From positions 62,001-126,000 of the IMG/VR virus record IMGVR_UViG_3300034284_002793: 64,000 nt of DNA; one strand, 5' to 3'. Shown here piece by piece: positions 19,001 to 28,559 of the stretch (positions are counted from its first letter, which is position 1; each line of letters opens with the position of its first letter). The notes below the pieces were generated by a model that did not search any database, was not told the DNA's origin, and saw only the letters and a program-made list of their open reading frames with translations. Both the position numbers and the translations under genes were made by a program. This DNA is from an uncultured virus (IMG/VR IMGVR_UViG_3300034284_002793) (Duplodnaviria > Heunggongvirae > Uroviricota > Caudoviricetes).

Positions 19001-21063
19001 CTAGATGAACTTTTTCCCAGAGATGGTTTTTTTGCTGTGCCTAGTCTAGAATTAACAGCTTCAGCCGTAAATCTTTGACTTAATTGTGATCTAGAATATT
19101 GATTGCTTTGTATTGCCTCTTCTAATGAAATATTTGGTGGCAATTTTGTTTTTGCAAAATTTGGAATAAAACCAGAAGATGAAATTTTACGAGCACCACT
19201 TGGCAACCCATACTTTGCTTTCATATCTTTGTTAAAGATAGCAGTTCCATCCCCACCAGCAAAATTTGGCACAACCCACTCTCCGGTATGTGCAGTTATT
19301 TTACCTTTCTTGCCTCCACCAAATGCAAAATTCGGAATAGTAACGGGCCTATCAGTTGCCGGATTTGCGCCACCAACTCTTGCATTAATATTCGCTTGCT
19401 CAATTGATTCTGGTAAATATCCAGCAGCAGCAGTTTTTGTCTTTGTAGCTACAAACTGCCTTCCTCCTATTGTTTGTACCCCAACAGATCCAGCAAGTGA
19501 TTTAGATATCGATGCAGCAACAGAATTTTGCCTTTGCAAAGCTGCTGTCTGTTGTTGTATAACTGCCAAATATTCTTTGGCCGCAGTTGAAACAGAAACC
19601 TGCCCCTTTAAAATAGAATTATACAAACCGCTATTGTTTTGTAAAAATTTTGCTATATTTTGCTGAACCACCACCTGCTCTTTTCCTGCCTGATTTGTTC
19701 CCAAAATACTTTTAAAAGCCTCTGCTCCATACTTTGTAAACTCAGCTAATAACTTAACGATTATTGCCGTTGCTAAAGCGAGCCCAGGCCCAGCAATAAA
19801 TTTACCAAGACCATCAATTACCCCTCTACCAATCTGACCACCAACGCTTTGCGAATCTGCATTTCCCACAGACTCTGTTAATAAATTTGTTAAGTTTAAA
19901 ACATTTCTAGCAGCATCTCCAAATAACCCCTCTCCAAGAGTTCCAGCAACTTTTTGAACATTTGCCAATGTTTTTGTTCCCAACGCAGATAACGTTTGAT
20001 TTAACTGTTCATTTCTTTGAATGGCCTGATCGGTACTCGATAATGATGTTTTAAGCGCACGGTCGTAAATTGAATACTCCTTACCTAAATCACCTAAAGC
20101 AGCTTTTAAGATGTTAATCTGGAAAACGCCGCCAACCTGCTCTGCTACATAATTTTTTTGAGTAGCTCCAAGCGTATCATAAACTAATGCAAGCTCTTTT
20201 AAAAGTTGAATTTGTGTTTTTACCTGACCGCTTTCATCAGTTGCGCTAATTCCAAGACCGCCCAAAACCTCTTGAACTTTTTCTCGACCAAGTCTTGTAA
20301 AAATTGTTTTCAGTGAGTTTCCTATAACCGCACCTCCACGAGCAGTAATTTGCTGCGCAGTTGTCACTAAAGCTATCAATTCGTCAAAAGAAATTCCAGC
20401 ATCGTCAGCAGAAGATCCAACACGACTCAATGCATTAGCCAAATCTGCAGAGCTAACAGCAAATGCGGCATCAACATTAGCCAGCTTATTTACAATTTCT
20501 GTCGCTTCCAATGTCGCACTCTGAAAAGAGTTCATTGTAGCAGTAAGAGCCGCAACACTTGCTGCAGCATCCAGACCACTTAAACGAGTCAAGATTAGCG
20601 CTGCCTCAGTACGTTTTAATGTTTCTTCTACCCCAAGGCCCTGACGAGACAACTCTGTTGCTGCTTCTGCAACAACATCAAATGCTTGCGCTGTATTTCC
20701 AGCAATATCAAATAATGAGCTTCCAAAAGCCGCAAGATTTTTTTCTGACAAATTTAATATAACATTTATGTCTTGTAATTTTTTCTCTGTATTTACAAAA
20801 CTCTGAAATAAAGACACTACTGCATTTTGTAATGCAAAAATACTTCCAGCAGCTGCGCCGAATGCAATAACACGAGCATTAGCAGCAGCCAAAGACTTAT
20901 CAATTTCAGTTATTTGGCCGCTTAATTTTCCTAATGGTTGAGCGGCCCCCCTACCACCAGCCTGCACATCAATAACTAGTGGCTGCTTAGCAACTTGGTT
21001 TATCTGTTGCCTAAGCTTCGCTGTATTACCGCTAACATCTACGCTAATATTTGGGTTTGCCAT
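16021..21063 (-). CDS. Tape measure protein (TP901-like core)
   Basis: 1680 aa, Ala/Gly-rich helical; ELSRQG, AFAVSSADLA and GNSLKTIFTRL core motifs; follows tube and chaperone genes. Confidence 0.92.
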   Translation of the reverse strand: MANPNISVDVSGNTAKLRQQINQVAKQPLVIDVQAGGRGAAQPLGKLSGQITEIDKSLAAANARVIAFGAAAGSIFALQNAVVSLFQSFVNTEKKLQDINVILNLSEKNLAAFGSSLFDIAGNTAQAFDVVAEAATELSRQGLGVEETLKRTEAALILTRLSGLDAAASVAALTATMNSFQSATLEATEIVNKLANVDAAFAVSSADLANALSRVGSSADDAGISFDELIALVTTAQQITARGGAVIGNSLKTIFTRLGREKVQEVLGGLGISATDESGQVKTQIQLLKELALVYDTLGATQKNYVAEQVGGVFQINILKAALGDLGKEYSIYDRALKTSLSSTDQAIQRNEQLNQTLSALGTKTLANVQKVAGTLGEGLFGDAARNVLNLTNLLTESVGNADSQSVGGQIGRGVIDGLGKFIAGPGLALATAIIVKLLAEFTKYGAEAFKSILGTNQAGKEQVVVQQNIAKFLQNNSGLYNSILKGQVSVSTAAKEYLAVIQQQTAALQRQNSVAASISKSLAGSVGVQTIGGRQFVATKTKTAAAGYLPESIEQANINARVGGANPATDRPVTIPNFAFGGGKKGKITAHTGEWVVPNFAGGDGTAIFNKDMKAKYGLPSGARKISSSGFIPNFAKTKLPPNISLEEAIQSNQYSRSQLSQRFTAEAVNSRLGTAKKPSLGKSSSSTIDLGKTSTLSLIYGEKAGIKDETGFFNTDQKGLITDKKTPNGKTYKVGFKSSGYNAKVKPEDAQLEKLLGDQVIDFTNRFISIFGNYSPNARIKSVQQLANYGSFRSIAGNIFESAVTQATDSAVTQAGRSGGSSAIIDFVNPNDKLRKLFNNIPGDYEAKIGNQQNLINDVARKAFISNKLKIKPGQLSRSKASGFIPNFSSTNRGVPVSQIRAHFDKSGNPVAVTNTRDEPNGLKDAIGRERKGMGMYATGFTPNFAVGSEGEAQGGISDFAKSIGAVAAQIALFASISQLGKKDVNELKETYKQRAELERKSISQQKANLQKMSTMGPGPLQRGSSGYNAAMLDIEQRAQAQRAARRSGAGILQRGISSAKGFRPGIGTAFAAPIIAETIANAIPQNTQGGRVGASAVSGAGQIASFAGTGGMVGMAFGPKGAAVGAALGAVTGGLIGLTDILKQLNTNLPELQAKAEKSTEELAKVNEKTQGLATSYETYTRLLEENAPQSELRKAEQNYINYLNSFDPETAKKFTNAIKERGMQGLTEVSGQITQKQAEQTARNQADVSVEQLLNTQRRSIIARAFEFVGRSGSGPNAPGMLVGKQPPIETYSGEMTKDIRDAFKKQINAGITQGLTDSDLETRLKELGGKEQIQKDFGKLISDTLNIDPRAIEESSGFKKVLSELYGEVFDEVGINIKGQAEKTRSLAAGAIKDASKKIAQQLSQDIDSLLSYNKNKSAISQLESDFFGGEIGQNEFVARRSQERIKEALSLGATPEEIFTRFGSDVMNVRRQAGNNAAQRAFDLGLPVDYQNRARMLNQQAVGEATGTSKLGIDYLKNRFLPEGGKFEGSSKEVEAAIKALQQLGGFADRSEAFKAYETIVNAMAFDLTTSAEQAAANFKLIESSVQAMLEYFTTTAEKSGKDKPQPSNFEKPISLTDSPSVVPSININPGPVSFTLGGLTREDLDLKLTAEKQRILDEFSAKMQQLKAQNNLK

Positions 21064-21138
21064 GCCTTGTAATCCTTTTTCCTTCTATAAATTACATTTT
21101 TTTAATACAAAATCGCATAAGCAAAAATGTAATAATTT

Positions 21139-22152
21139 TTATTTTTTTATTAAATCATAGATCCCCAAATCACCCCTCTGATTTGTTTCTTGTATAATTT
21201 TATCCCCAGATACCTCGCCACCACCAATGGCCTTAACTTCATCCCTATTTCCAAATAAAAATGAAGAGCTATTATCTGAGCCAGATTTATTTTTTAATTT
21301 ATTACGGGCATCTGACATTGTTTCTTTTTGCTTTTTAGACGCCTCAAACCAGTCAATTATTTTGTCTGGATCCTCATAAATGCTATCTGGAATATTGCCA
21401 TCTGAATTTTTGATAATATTTTGATAATACTTTCCAAAAATAAGCAAATCAGACTGATGTTTTGTCAAATCTATAGCACATTTTCCAAACACATCTTTTG
21501 GGTTTGATCCTGAAATATAAATAATATTTTGAAAAAGTGACGAGATAGCCAGCTGTTTAATTTTCTTTTCTGCGAAATCTGTTAAAAATTTATAGTAATA
21601 AATAGTTAATTCATCAACAAGCAAATCGTCAGATAATTCAAAATCATCTATCTGTTCAAAAAACCTTTTATTAAAATATTGATCTTTAAATACAAAATTT
21701 TGCAAAAAATAATCTACGGTTTTCTTGCTAGACCAATCTTCAGCAGTCATTACAATATAAGCACTTCTTTCATCTTTTAACTTCTTAAGACGATTTTCTT
21801 GCTCTTTAATCTGTTCTGATATTCTAGACTTATCAGATTCGTAAATTAGCTTTGATTGAGTTTTTTTTAACCTATCTATGGAAATTTTAGTAGATTCAAG
21901 CGCACCCTCTTTTTCTTTTGTCCACCACCCATTATCATAAGCAGTTTGAATTTGCTCTTTTTCTGGAAAAATTCCATGATGTCTCGCCAGCTTTAAATTA
22001 CCAGCATAATCATTTCTTATTCCAAGAAGTTCAAAATGATTTAAGTGCTTAAAATACGCTGGCTGTTTTTCACTAGAAATCAGCACATATTTGCTATAGC
22101 CATTAGATATATCTTCTAATACGGCCAATAATATATCAATTTGGCCATCCAT
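21139..22152 (-). CDS. Putative tail assembly chaperone
   Basis: Charged helical protein directly upstream of the TMP. Confidence 0.5.
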   Translation of the reverse strand: MDGQIDILLAVLEDISNGYSKYVLISSEKQPAYFKHLNHFELLGIRNDYAGNLKLARHHGIFPEKEQIQTAYDNGWWTKEKEGALESTKISIDRLKKTQSKLIYESDKSRISEQIKEQENRLKKLKDERSAYIVMTAEDWSSKKTVDYFLQNFVFKDQYFNKRFFEQIDDFELSDDLLVDELTIYYYKFLTDFAEKKIKQLAISSLFQNIIYISGSNPKDVFGKCAIDLTKHQSDLLIFGKYYQNIIKNSDGNIPDSIYEDPDKIIDWFEASKKQKETMSDARNKLKNKSGSDNSSSFLFGNRDEVKAIGGGEVSGDKIIQETNQRGDLGIYDLIKK

Positions 22153-22165
22153 GGATTATTATATT

Positions 22166-22897
22166 TTAACTAGATTCTTTTTGTGATGCAGAGTCAACCA
22201 AAACAAAATCTTGCCATTGATTAATTTTATTTAAAAACCATAAAGTTATTAAATAGTTAAATCTTTGACCAATTTTTACCAAATAGACATCATTTTCATC
22301 ATCTAAATTTAAACCATCATACCAGTCTAATTTTTGATCAAAACTTGTGCCTTCAAAAAATTTTTCGTTTTCATTTTTATATGCCAGCTCTGTCAACCAC
22401 CATTGAATCGACATATTTCTAGCTTTTGCCTCTGCTGTGTTTTCAAAAATATAAATCTGTTCAAGTTCAAATGTTTGTATATCTTTTTTAACTTGATCAA
22501 TTTCCTCTTGCAGCCGTGCTTGTTTTACCGTCTGCTCTTCGTTTAATTCTGAAATTTGTTCAAGTTTATTTAATTCTATACTGTATTCAAAAAATTTTTT
22601 CCTGGCATCGGTATATTGCTGAGCCTCTGATTCTGAAATTGTTCCACCCAAATTTTCTAAAATAGTATTCCATGCAGCTTTTGGTAAAAGCCCAGACTTC
22701 ACAAAGCTTGCAAGTTGCTTTGCATATTCTATTTCGCCCATTTGCCTTAAAGAGCGCGAAGGTTTTAGGATATAAAATGTATTTTCTTCACCTTTTGGAT
22801 TTTTAGCCTCAAAAGCATAAAGCCATTTTTTAGTATCAAAATCTGCTTTTATTTCGTTCTGATTTTGGTCGTTTTGGTTATCAATATTTTCACTCAT
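22166..22897 (-). CDS. Putative tail assembly chaperone
   Basis: Acidic coiled-coil protein between tail tube and TMP. Confidence 0.5.
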   Translation of the reverse strand: MSENIDNQNDQNQNEIKADFDTKKWLYAFEAKNPKGEENTFYILKPSRSLRQMGEIEYAKQLASFVKSGLLPKAAWNTILENLGGTISESEAQQYTDARKKFFEYSIELNKLEQISELNEEQTVKQARLQEEIDQVKKDIQTFELEQIYIFENTAEAKARNMSIQWWLTELAYKNENEKFFEGTSFDQKLDWYDGLNLDDENDVYLVKIGQRFNYLITLWFLNKINQWQDFVLVDSASQKESS

Positions 22898-22899
22898 AT

Positions 22900-23136
22900 T
22901 TACTTATTATTATCCTTATTAATTAAAACAAAATCAAAATTTTCTATCTCTTGTAGAATTTCTCTTATGCAGTTATTTCCATTATCAAGAATTCTTTTTC
23001 TTATTTTTTGAAATTCTTCCTCAGACATTCGACCGTCAGCAACAATGTCTTCTAGACAGTATATAAAGAATAAAAAGAGACGAGTAACAGATTTTTTAAT
23101 AAAACCTTTAATAAATTCTTTAATATCAAATTTCAC
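22900..23136 (-). CDS. Hypothetical protein
   Basis: 78 aa, GTG start, RKRILDNGN motif, preceded by a TGTAAT motif. Confidence 0.6.
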   Translation of the reverse strand: MKFDIKEFIKGFIKKSVTRLFLFFIYCLEDIVADGRMSEEEFQKIRKRILDNGNNCIREILQEIENFDFVLINKDNNK

Positions 23137-23181
23137 CTTTATAAACCTTTTTCCTTAATAGGTATTACACTTAAAAAACAA

Positions 23182-23207
23182 AAAGGGCAGGATTTCTCCT
23201 GCCCTTT
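23182..23207 (-). terminator. Rho-independent terminator after tail tube gene
   Basis: aaagggcagga/tcctgcccttt stem, GAAA loop on the minus strand, T-tail. Confidence 0.85.
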
Positions 23208-23226
23208 ATTTGTTAAGTTTTATTGA

Positions 23227-24339
23227 TTAGCTTAATGCTGCCACTGGATAACTTCCAGATAAGAAAATACCGCGAACAGTATCTTCTGGTCCGCCAATTG
23301 GAACTTCGAAATCGGCACTTAATGTTGCATTTCCACCAATTGTTGTAGCAAGGGCTTGGCTTACCAATTTGGCGCCCTTTAGCGTAGCGCTCATAGCTAC
23401 ATCTCCTTGCCCAGAACAGTTGATTTTTTTCAATTTCAATGTTAAATCGTATGTTCCAGTTTGGCACAATAAATCAGAAACGCTACCATTAGTTAAATCT
23501 CCAATTTCTGTTTCAACAGAAAGAGTTGCTGTAACAGGGAAATCAATTTCTCTTGCAAAAGAGAATCTACTGCCCAATTTATTGATTGGCGTACGTGTTA
23601 AGTCAAAGCTCATAGAAGCGCTTTGAATTTTTAAGTCGCTTGCGGCAAAACCAACAACGCCAGTTAAATCAAGAGTTGCATCGCCTGGAAGTAGTGCCGT
23701 TGGTTGTGCTCCGTATGCATTTGTTTTATGTTGTGGCAAAACAAAGTACTGACCCGCAATAGACAATCCATTTTCAGGATTTACTGCAGGAACATCATTT
23801 GTTCCAGTAACATTTCCATAAATTTTTGTATTTAATGCCTCTAAGGCAACTGTTGCTGTAGGTATATCTCCAACGGCAACATCAAGCGTATAAGAAGTGA
23901 TGAATGTATTTCCAATACCAACAACGCCGCTAACACTTCCAGCAAAACTAGAAGCATCACTTCCTTCAGATGTTACTAAAAGATATAAATTTTTTTCATC
24001 TGTATTCTTTTGAAGAATATCTTTAATGCAAGATACTCCAGCTTGGTTACCAGTTGTTACCGTTAGCCCCAAAAATTTTTCATTAAGGCCATCTGTAACA
24101 TAATAAGAAACGTTAGAAGTAACGGTTGGTGCTTCTGCATCAAGACGATCAATGAACGCCAAGTTACCAAATTGGTTGATGTCTGTTAAATTGCGTGTAA
24201 AATCTGAGTCAAAAGACTGTACACGGGTTAACTGTTTGATGTCGCTAGCGCCAGTTTGCATGATTCTAGCACCATTTGAGCCAGTTGTTTGGCTGGCAAA
24301 AACTCCTAGTGATTGATAAATAATTCGATTTCTGCTCAT
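23227..24339 (-). CDS. Major tail tube protein
   Basis: MSRNRIIYQS start, internally duplicated beta-rich halves, own promoter motif and terminator, gene order. Confidence 0.75.
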   Translation of the reverse strand: MSRNRIIYQSLGVFASQTTGSNGARIMQTGASDIKQLTRVQSFDSDFTRNLTDINQFGNLAFIDRLDAEAPTVTSNVSYYVTDGLNEKFLGLTVTTGNQAGVSCIKDILQKNTDEKNLYLLVTSEGSDASSFAGSVSGVVGIGNTFITSYTLDVAVGDIPTATVALEALNTKIYGNVTGTNDVPAVNPENGLSIAGQYFVLPQHKTNAYGAQPTALLPGDATLDLTGVVGFAASDLKIQSASMSFDLTRTPINKLGSRFSFAREIDFPVTATLSVETEIGDLTNGSVSDLLCQTGTYDLTLKLKKINCSGQGDVAMSATLKGAKLVSQALATTIGGNATLSADFEVPIGGPEDTVRGIFLSGSYPVAALS

Positions 24340-24416
24340 ATTTTTATATTAATTTAAATTAAAGTATTACTCTTATATAATTACATTTAAAAAGCATGAA
24401 AGGCACATTTTTTTTG

Positions 24417-25292
24417 TTATAATCTTGGCTGCCTCACATACTTCACTGTAAAATCAGCAAATCCACCATAGGCGTTATTTCCTAAAAGTTTATTAACAGA
24501 AGGTGCAAATCTGGATATTTTAACAGATTCAACTAGCGCCATTAGAGAGCCAGTCTGGCAATATTGTGAGTATAAATTATTAAAATTATAATTTAATCCA
24601 TTTTTATAATCACCATAAATATTAAAAGGCATATCTTTAGGATGTAGTACTGGAAAATATTTTCTTGCCATATCTGTGGCTATAGAAACGCCAGCATCTA
24701 GCAAATATGGCGAATCAGCCAAAAATATACATCTAATATCCAAAACAGTTTCATCTAATCCGCCAAATGCGAATGGTAAATTTTCTGTATATTGACTTTT
24801 TACAAAAATAGCTGGATATGTAACTTGGTCATGTTGAAGTGGCGTATTCGCAATATTTCCATAATTGTCCGTTGGCCTTACTGGATATTTTGCCTCAAAT
24901 ATAAGCTCTTCGTCTTGAGATTCGTTATAATAAACATTATATTCTTTATAAGCATATGATAGTTTTAAGTTATTAAGATTTGAGGGGGCAGATCCATTAA
25001 ATATTGTCCTGCCCATATCATAATCAATATAAAGCCCACTCGAACCTTTATTTATAATAACATTGCCAGCACTTACTCCAGATGGAATATTTGCCCCTAT
25101 AACTGAGCTATCTGCAACAAATTGTCTATATGGACTAGAATAAATTTTTTTATCTGGAAAATTTGGATCTTCAGTTTGATACAATTGCCCGCTATTAACA
25201 TTTACAAACCCATTACCTTTATAAAGCATTTCATGATCTATAAAGAGCGTGAAGCTTGGTGCTATTCGATTTAAAAACTGTGGAGACATCAT
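24417..25292 (-). CDS. Tail terminator / completion protein
   Basis: TYPAIFV...PFAFGG motif; directly upstream of the tube gene. Confidence 0.55.
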   Translation of the reverse strand: MMSPQFLNRIAPSFTLFIDHEMLYKGNGFVNVNSGQLYQTEDPNFPDKKIYSSPYRQFVADSSVIGANIPSGVSAGNVIINKGSSGLYIDYDMGRTIFNGSAPSNLNNLKLSYAYKEYNVYYNESQDEELIFEAKYPVRPTDNYGNIANTPLQHDQVTYPAIFVKSQYTENLPFAFGGLDETVLDIRCIFLADSPYLLDAGVSIATDMARKYFPVLHPKDMPFNIYGDYKNGLNYNFNNLYSQYCQTGSLMALVESVKISRFAPSVNKLLGNNAYGGFADFTVKYVRQPRL

Positions 25293-25296
25293 GCGA

Positions 25297-25887
25297 TTAT
25301 AATTCCTTTAAATTTTTAATAAATTTTGTCCAAATTGGAGACCAGTATTTTGTTGTTCTATATATTGATCCTCTTACAGGACTTTTTGCTTGTATACCGC
25401 CGCCAGAACGTCCAAGCTTTTTAGATATAAAGTTTGAAAATCCAGAAATTCCGCGCTCAATAGATATTATCCATGACTTTCCAGACTCCCATGGCATTCC
25501 AGCATTAGAGACATATTCATTATTTTTAATTTGATCTACTTGAAACTCAAGCACAAAACCATTATTGCCATTTTGACGCTCGCCACTTTTGCGTAAAATT
25601 CTTATCTTTTGCTCTATAAAATTTACCCACTGATCTACCGGATTATCACCATTATCAAAACCTATAAAAGAAAATAGATTTCCATATCCACCCAAAGTAC
25701 CAGACGAATTTGAAGACGATGAACCTCCTGCAATTTCTGCAGAAACTGGATGCGCTTTAAAATCATTTATAAGTTCAATTTTTGCGTTCGCTAGTTTTGT
25801 TTCCGCAACTGCACGCATTTGTTTTTGAACATTTGACGTTTTTAAAACTGCTAAATTTAAAAGTTTTGGATCGACAAGTTTTGGCAT
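25297..25887 (-). CDS. Neck / tail completion protein
   Basis: Basic protein with W..SIERGISG and GRSGGG; gene order. Confidence 0.5.
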   Translation of the reverse strand: MPKLVDPKLLNLAVLKTSNVQKQMRAVAETKLANAKIELINDFKAHPVSAEIAGGSSSSNSSGTLGGYGNLFSFIGFDNGDNPVDQWVNFIEQKIRILRKSGERQNGNNGFVLEFQVDQIKNNEYVSNAGMPWESGKSWIISIERGISGFSNFISKKLGRSGGGIQAKSPVRGSIYRTTKYWSPIWTKFIKNLKEL

Positions 25888-26330
25888 TATTGCATATCCC
25901 TTCTTTTTGCGTATATTGTATAAAAATTAATATCAAATAAACCATGTGGCTTTGGAACTCCAACTATTTCACATGGCAAATCATCAACATAAAAAGATTG
26001 ATATCCACTTAAAAAATCATATGCATCTTTTTTCATTTTTAGCCTACATAATTGCCCAGGTAGTGGATTTTCAATTGGTAAATTTTCTTCTTTACGAGGG
26101 TCTAGCCACTGTATTCTCATTAAAAATGTTCCTGATACTGGTGTCGTATCATACTGCAAATTGGCACCCTGCTTATAGCCCCTATACGCTGAAATATAAT
26201 CATCATTACTTATAATATCAATACGCTCTGGCATTTTATATATAATAACATTTCTTCCAAATGTATCATGCAAATTATTAAATTGCGAAGACATTTCTGC
26301 TTTTTCTGCAGCTGATAAAAAAGATGGCAT
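25887..26330 (-). CDS. Head closure (stopper) protein
   Basis: HDTFGR start; size and position after the adaptor. Confidence 0.5.
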   Translation of the reverse strand: MPSFLSAAEKAEMSSQFNNLHDTFGRNVIIYKMPERIDIISNDDYISAYRGYKQGANLQYDTTPVSGTFLMRIQWLDPRKEENLPIENPLPGQLCRLKMKKDAYDFLSGYQSFYVDDLPCEIVGVPKPHGLFDINFYTIYAKRRDMQ

Positions 26331-26333
26331 AAA

Positions 26334-26882
26334 TTATAAACCAGGTTCGCTTCTTGGATAATACACGCTACGATTTGCTTCCGCCCAATAACCGCCATCG
26401 ACAACATCAGTTCCATCAACCGATTGTGGTTTGGATTTTGATTTCAAGTATTGTTTTACCAAGTTATTGGCATTATCTTGAGCATCCTTACGAAAACCTT
26501 GGTAAGTTCTGGCAAGCTCTGATCTATTAACTCTTGTTATTGTGGAATCGCCCTCTTTTAATGTAGTCCATGCGCCAATATTATATGCACCAGAAAGGGC
26601 CATTTTAGCCTCTCTACCATAAAAAAATGTATCAAAATTAGCCTTATAAATTGATTGCTCTTGATTTCCCAATTGAGGCTCTATGCCAATACCAGTAACC
26701 TTTCCGGCATTAGAAAAATAAGGCGTTACTTGATAACATCCATCAATTTGATTATTCAAATAGCCAAGATTTGCAGGGTCTAAAAACCAACCAACCAAAT
26801 ATGTGCTAGAATAATCGTCTCTGTCGCCCAAATCAGAAGAGACATTATTTACAAAATCATTTAACCATTTAGGGTATTGCAT
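26334..26882 (-). CDS. Head-tail adaptor
   Basis: LKEGDSTITR motif; position after the capsid genes; start MQYPKW at 26882. Confidence 0.5.
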   Translation of the reverse strand: MQYPKWLNDFVNNVSSDLGDRDDYSSTYLVGWFLDPANLGYLNNQIDGCYQVTPYFSNAGKVTGIGIEPQLGNQEQSIYKANFDTFFYGREAKMALSGAYNIGAWTTLKEGDSTITRVNRSELARTYQGFRKDAQDNANNLVKQYLKSKSKPQSVDGTDVVDGGYWAEANRSVYYPRSEPGL

Positions 26883-26924
26883 GTTATTAATTACACGCAA
26901 TCAGTGCTTAATTAATCTACAAAA

Positions 26925-27290
26925 TTAAGCGCCCTCTCTGAGTATTTTATGAACGTTTTTTGGTACCGATGATGGTACAGAGGCTGTATTTACCTGTCCG
27001 GATTTGAACGATGCCACATGTCTCAAAAATTCATTTACCAATCTTTCTTTTAAGATATGTGATTCAACGTCTGGTCTAAGCCCAACATCTCTAGCATGAT
27101 TTTGAAGATCAACTGGCAACATGTCATTTAATTTTGCAGTATATACCTCTAAATCCATAGTTCCATATTTTGACAAACCATCAGATCCCCAAATTTGCTC
27201 TAGAGCAGTTGGCTTATTAGCAGCAATTTTTCCATCAATTTCAATATTTTGATTTAATGCTTCTTTAGATGTGTGTTTCTTTCTTGGCAT
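26925..27290 (-). CDS. Hypothetical protein
   Basis: ORF after the MCP; DLQNHARDVGL resembles a Rho-N/HeH-like motif. Confidence 0.6.
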   Translation of the reverse strand: MPRKKHTSKEALNQNIEIDGKIAANKPTALEQIWGSDGLSKYGTMDLEVYTAKLNDMLPVDLQNHARDVGLRPDVESHILKERLVNEFLRHVASFKSGQVNTASVPSSVPKNVHKILREGA

Positions 27291-27365
27291 AATATTATTT
27301 ATTTAATTTATTATAATAATAGCCTAGGCACAATTCTAAATTAATATTTAATATAAAAAAAGAAA

Positions 27366-27387
27366 AAGCCCTGATTTCTCAGGGCTT
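27366..27387 (-). terminator. Rho-independent terminator after MCP
   Basis: aagccctga/tcagggctt stem, GAAA loop, long T-tail on the minus strand. Confidence 0.85.
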
Positions 27388-27415
27388 AATCTTTGATTAA
27401 CTTCTTGAACTTTGA

Positions 27416-28531
27416 TTAGACAATCAAGCCAACTACTGCGCGGCTGTCGAGACATACGCGACCTTCGCGTAGTTTCATGTACCAGCCCATCTTGTTTGCG
27501 CGAGCTTGGAACTGATCATCAACAAGCGTTTGAACTTGACCACCGTTGTCGTCGTATGTTTCAACTGGACGTAGGAAAGCTCCACGAGCCATGTCGAAAC
27601 CGACTAGGAGTTCGTCTGTTGCGTTTGCGAATTGTGCTCCACTTGTTCCGTCAGCTTTTGTGAATGATTTGCTTCCAGCGAAGAAGTCGAAGAGTTCATT
27701 GTATCTCTTACCTTCACCAAGTTCTAGCAATTCGTGAATTGTTACTCCGAAGATTTCAGATGTTCCAGCACTACGATAGATTTGGCTACGAACTTCATCA
27801 GGAAGAGCAACGTTACCAGCAGTTGTTCCAGCACCGCTACGGGTGTTAACTGGATTGTAAGCAAAGGCGCGAATTTGTCCTTTGATTTCTGGGCTTACAT
27901 ATAGATCTGTAAGTCCAGCTGCTGATGCTGTTGATGTACCACCAAGATAGTCAGCATTGAAGCGGCTAATTAGTGTCCAGAGAGCGCTAAGATCATCAGG
28001 AATGAATGTTCCAGCTGTTGATGCGCGGAAAGCATGATTTCTTCCACTTGTTGATGCGTCTGCAAGAACTTTCATGATAACAGCCCATGCGTTGCGCTCT
28101 TGTTTTACTAAGAGTTGGTTAGCTGCGAATTCGATGTAGCGAGCTACAACGTTTAGGCGTGCTCTGCGAGCATAACGCTTGTCAAAGCTGATTGCGCTGT
28201 CGAGATCATATGTACGAAGTTTGATTTCGCTTGCTCCAGCAACTTCATTGGTTGGAAGACCGCCACCAACAGTTTGTGACCAGATGGAAATGTCGCCATA
28301 TCCTTGACCAAAAAGCGTGTCGATTGGGAATGAAGGAGAATCATCTTCGTTGTATGCTTCATCACGATAAATTTGAGCAGCTGATCCAGCATGCATCAAA
28401 ACTTCTTCAACAACTGGGCTTAAGAAGGCTGCGAAAGCTTCTTGAGCTTCAGCGGCTTCGACTTTATTGTTGGATGCCATAGCCTTGATTAGGGCTACTT
28501 GCTCTGGTGTATTTTTGAATTCGATTTTCAT
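27416..28531 (-). CDS. Major capsid protein
   Basis: 371 aa after scaffold and decoration genes; biased codon use; LYVSPE motif; strong terminator. Confidence 0.85.
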   Translation of the reverse strand: MKIEFKNTPEQVALIKAMASNNKVEAAEAQEAFAAFLSPVVEEVLMHAGSAAQIYRDEAYNEDDSPSFPIDTLFGQGYGDISIWSQTVGGGLPTNEVAGASEIKLRTYDLDSAISFDKRYARRARLNVVARYIEFAANQLLVKQERNAWAVIMKVLADASTSGRNHAFRASTAGTFIPDDLSALWTLISRFNADYLGGTSTASAAGLTDLYVSPEIKGQIRAFAYNPVNTRSGAGTTAGNVALPDEVRSQIYRSAGTSEIFGVTIHELLELGEGKRYNELFDFFAGSKSFTKADGTSGAQFANATDELLVGFDMARGAFLRPVETYDDNGGQVQTLVDDQFQARANKMGWYMKLREGRVCLDSRAVVGLIV

Positions 28532-28559
28532 ATTTTTAATTATTTATTCTCCTTTTAAA

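Noticed and set aside
22140..22190. Programmed -1 frameshift joining the two tail chaperone ORFs
   Set aside because: Only CAAAAAG is present; the downstream ORF is in the +1 frame and has an in-frame TAA just before its ATG
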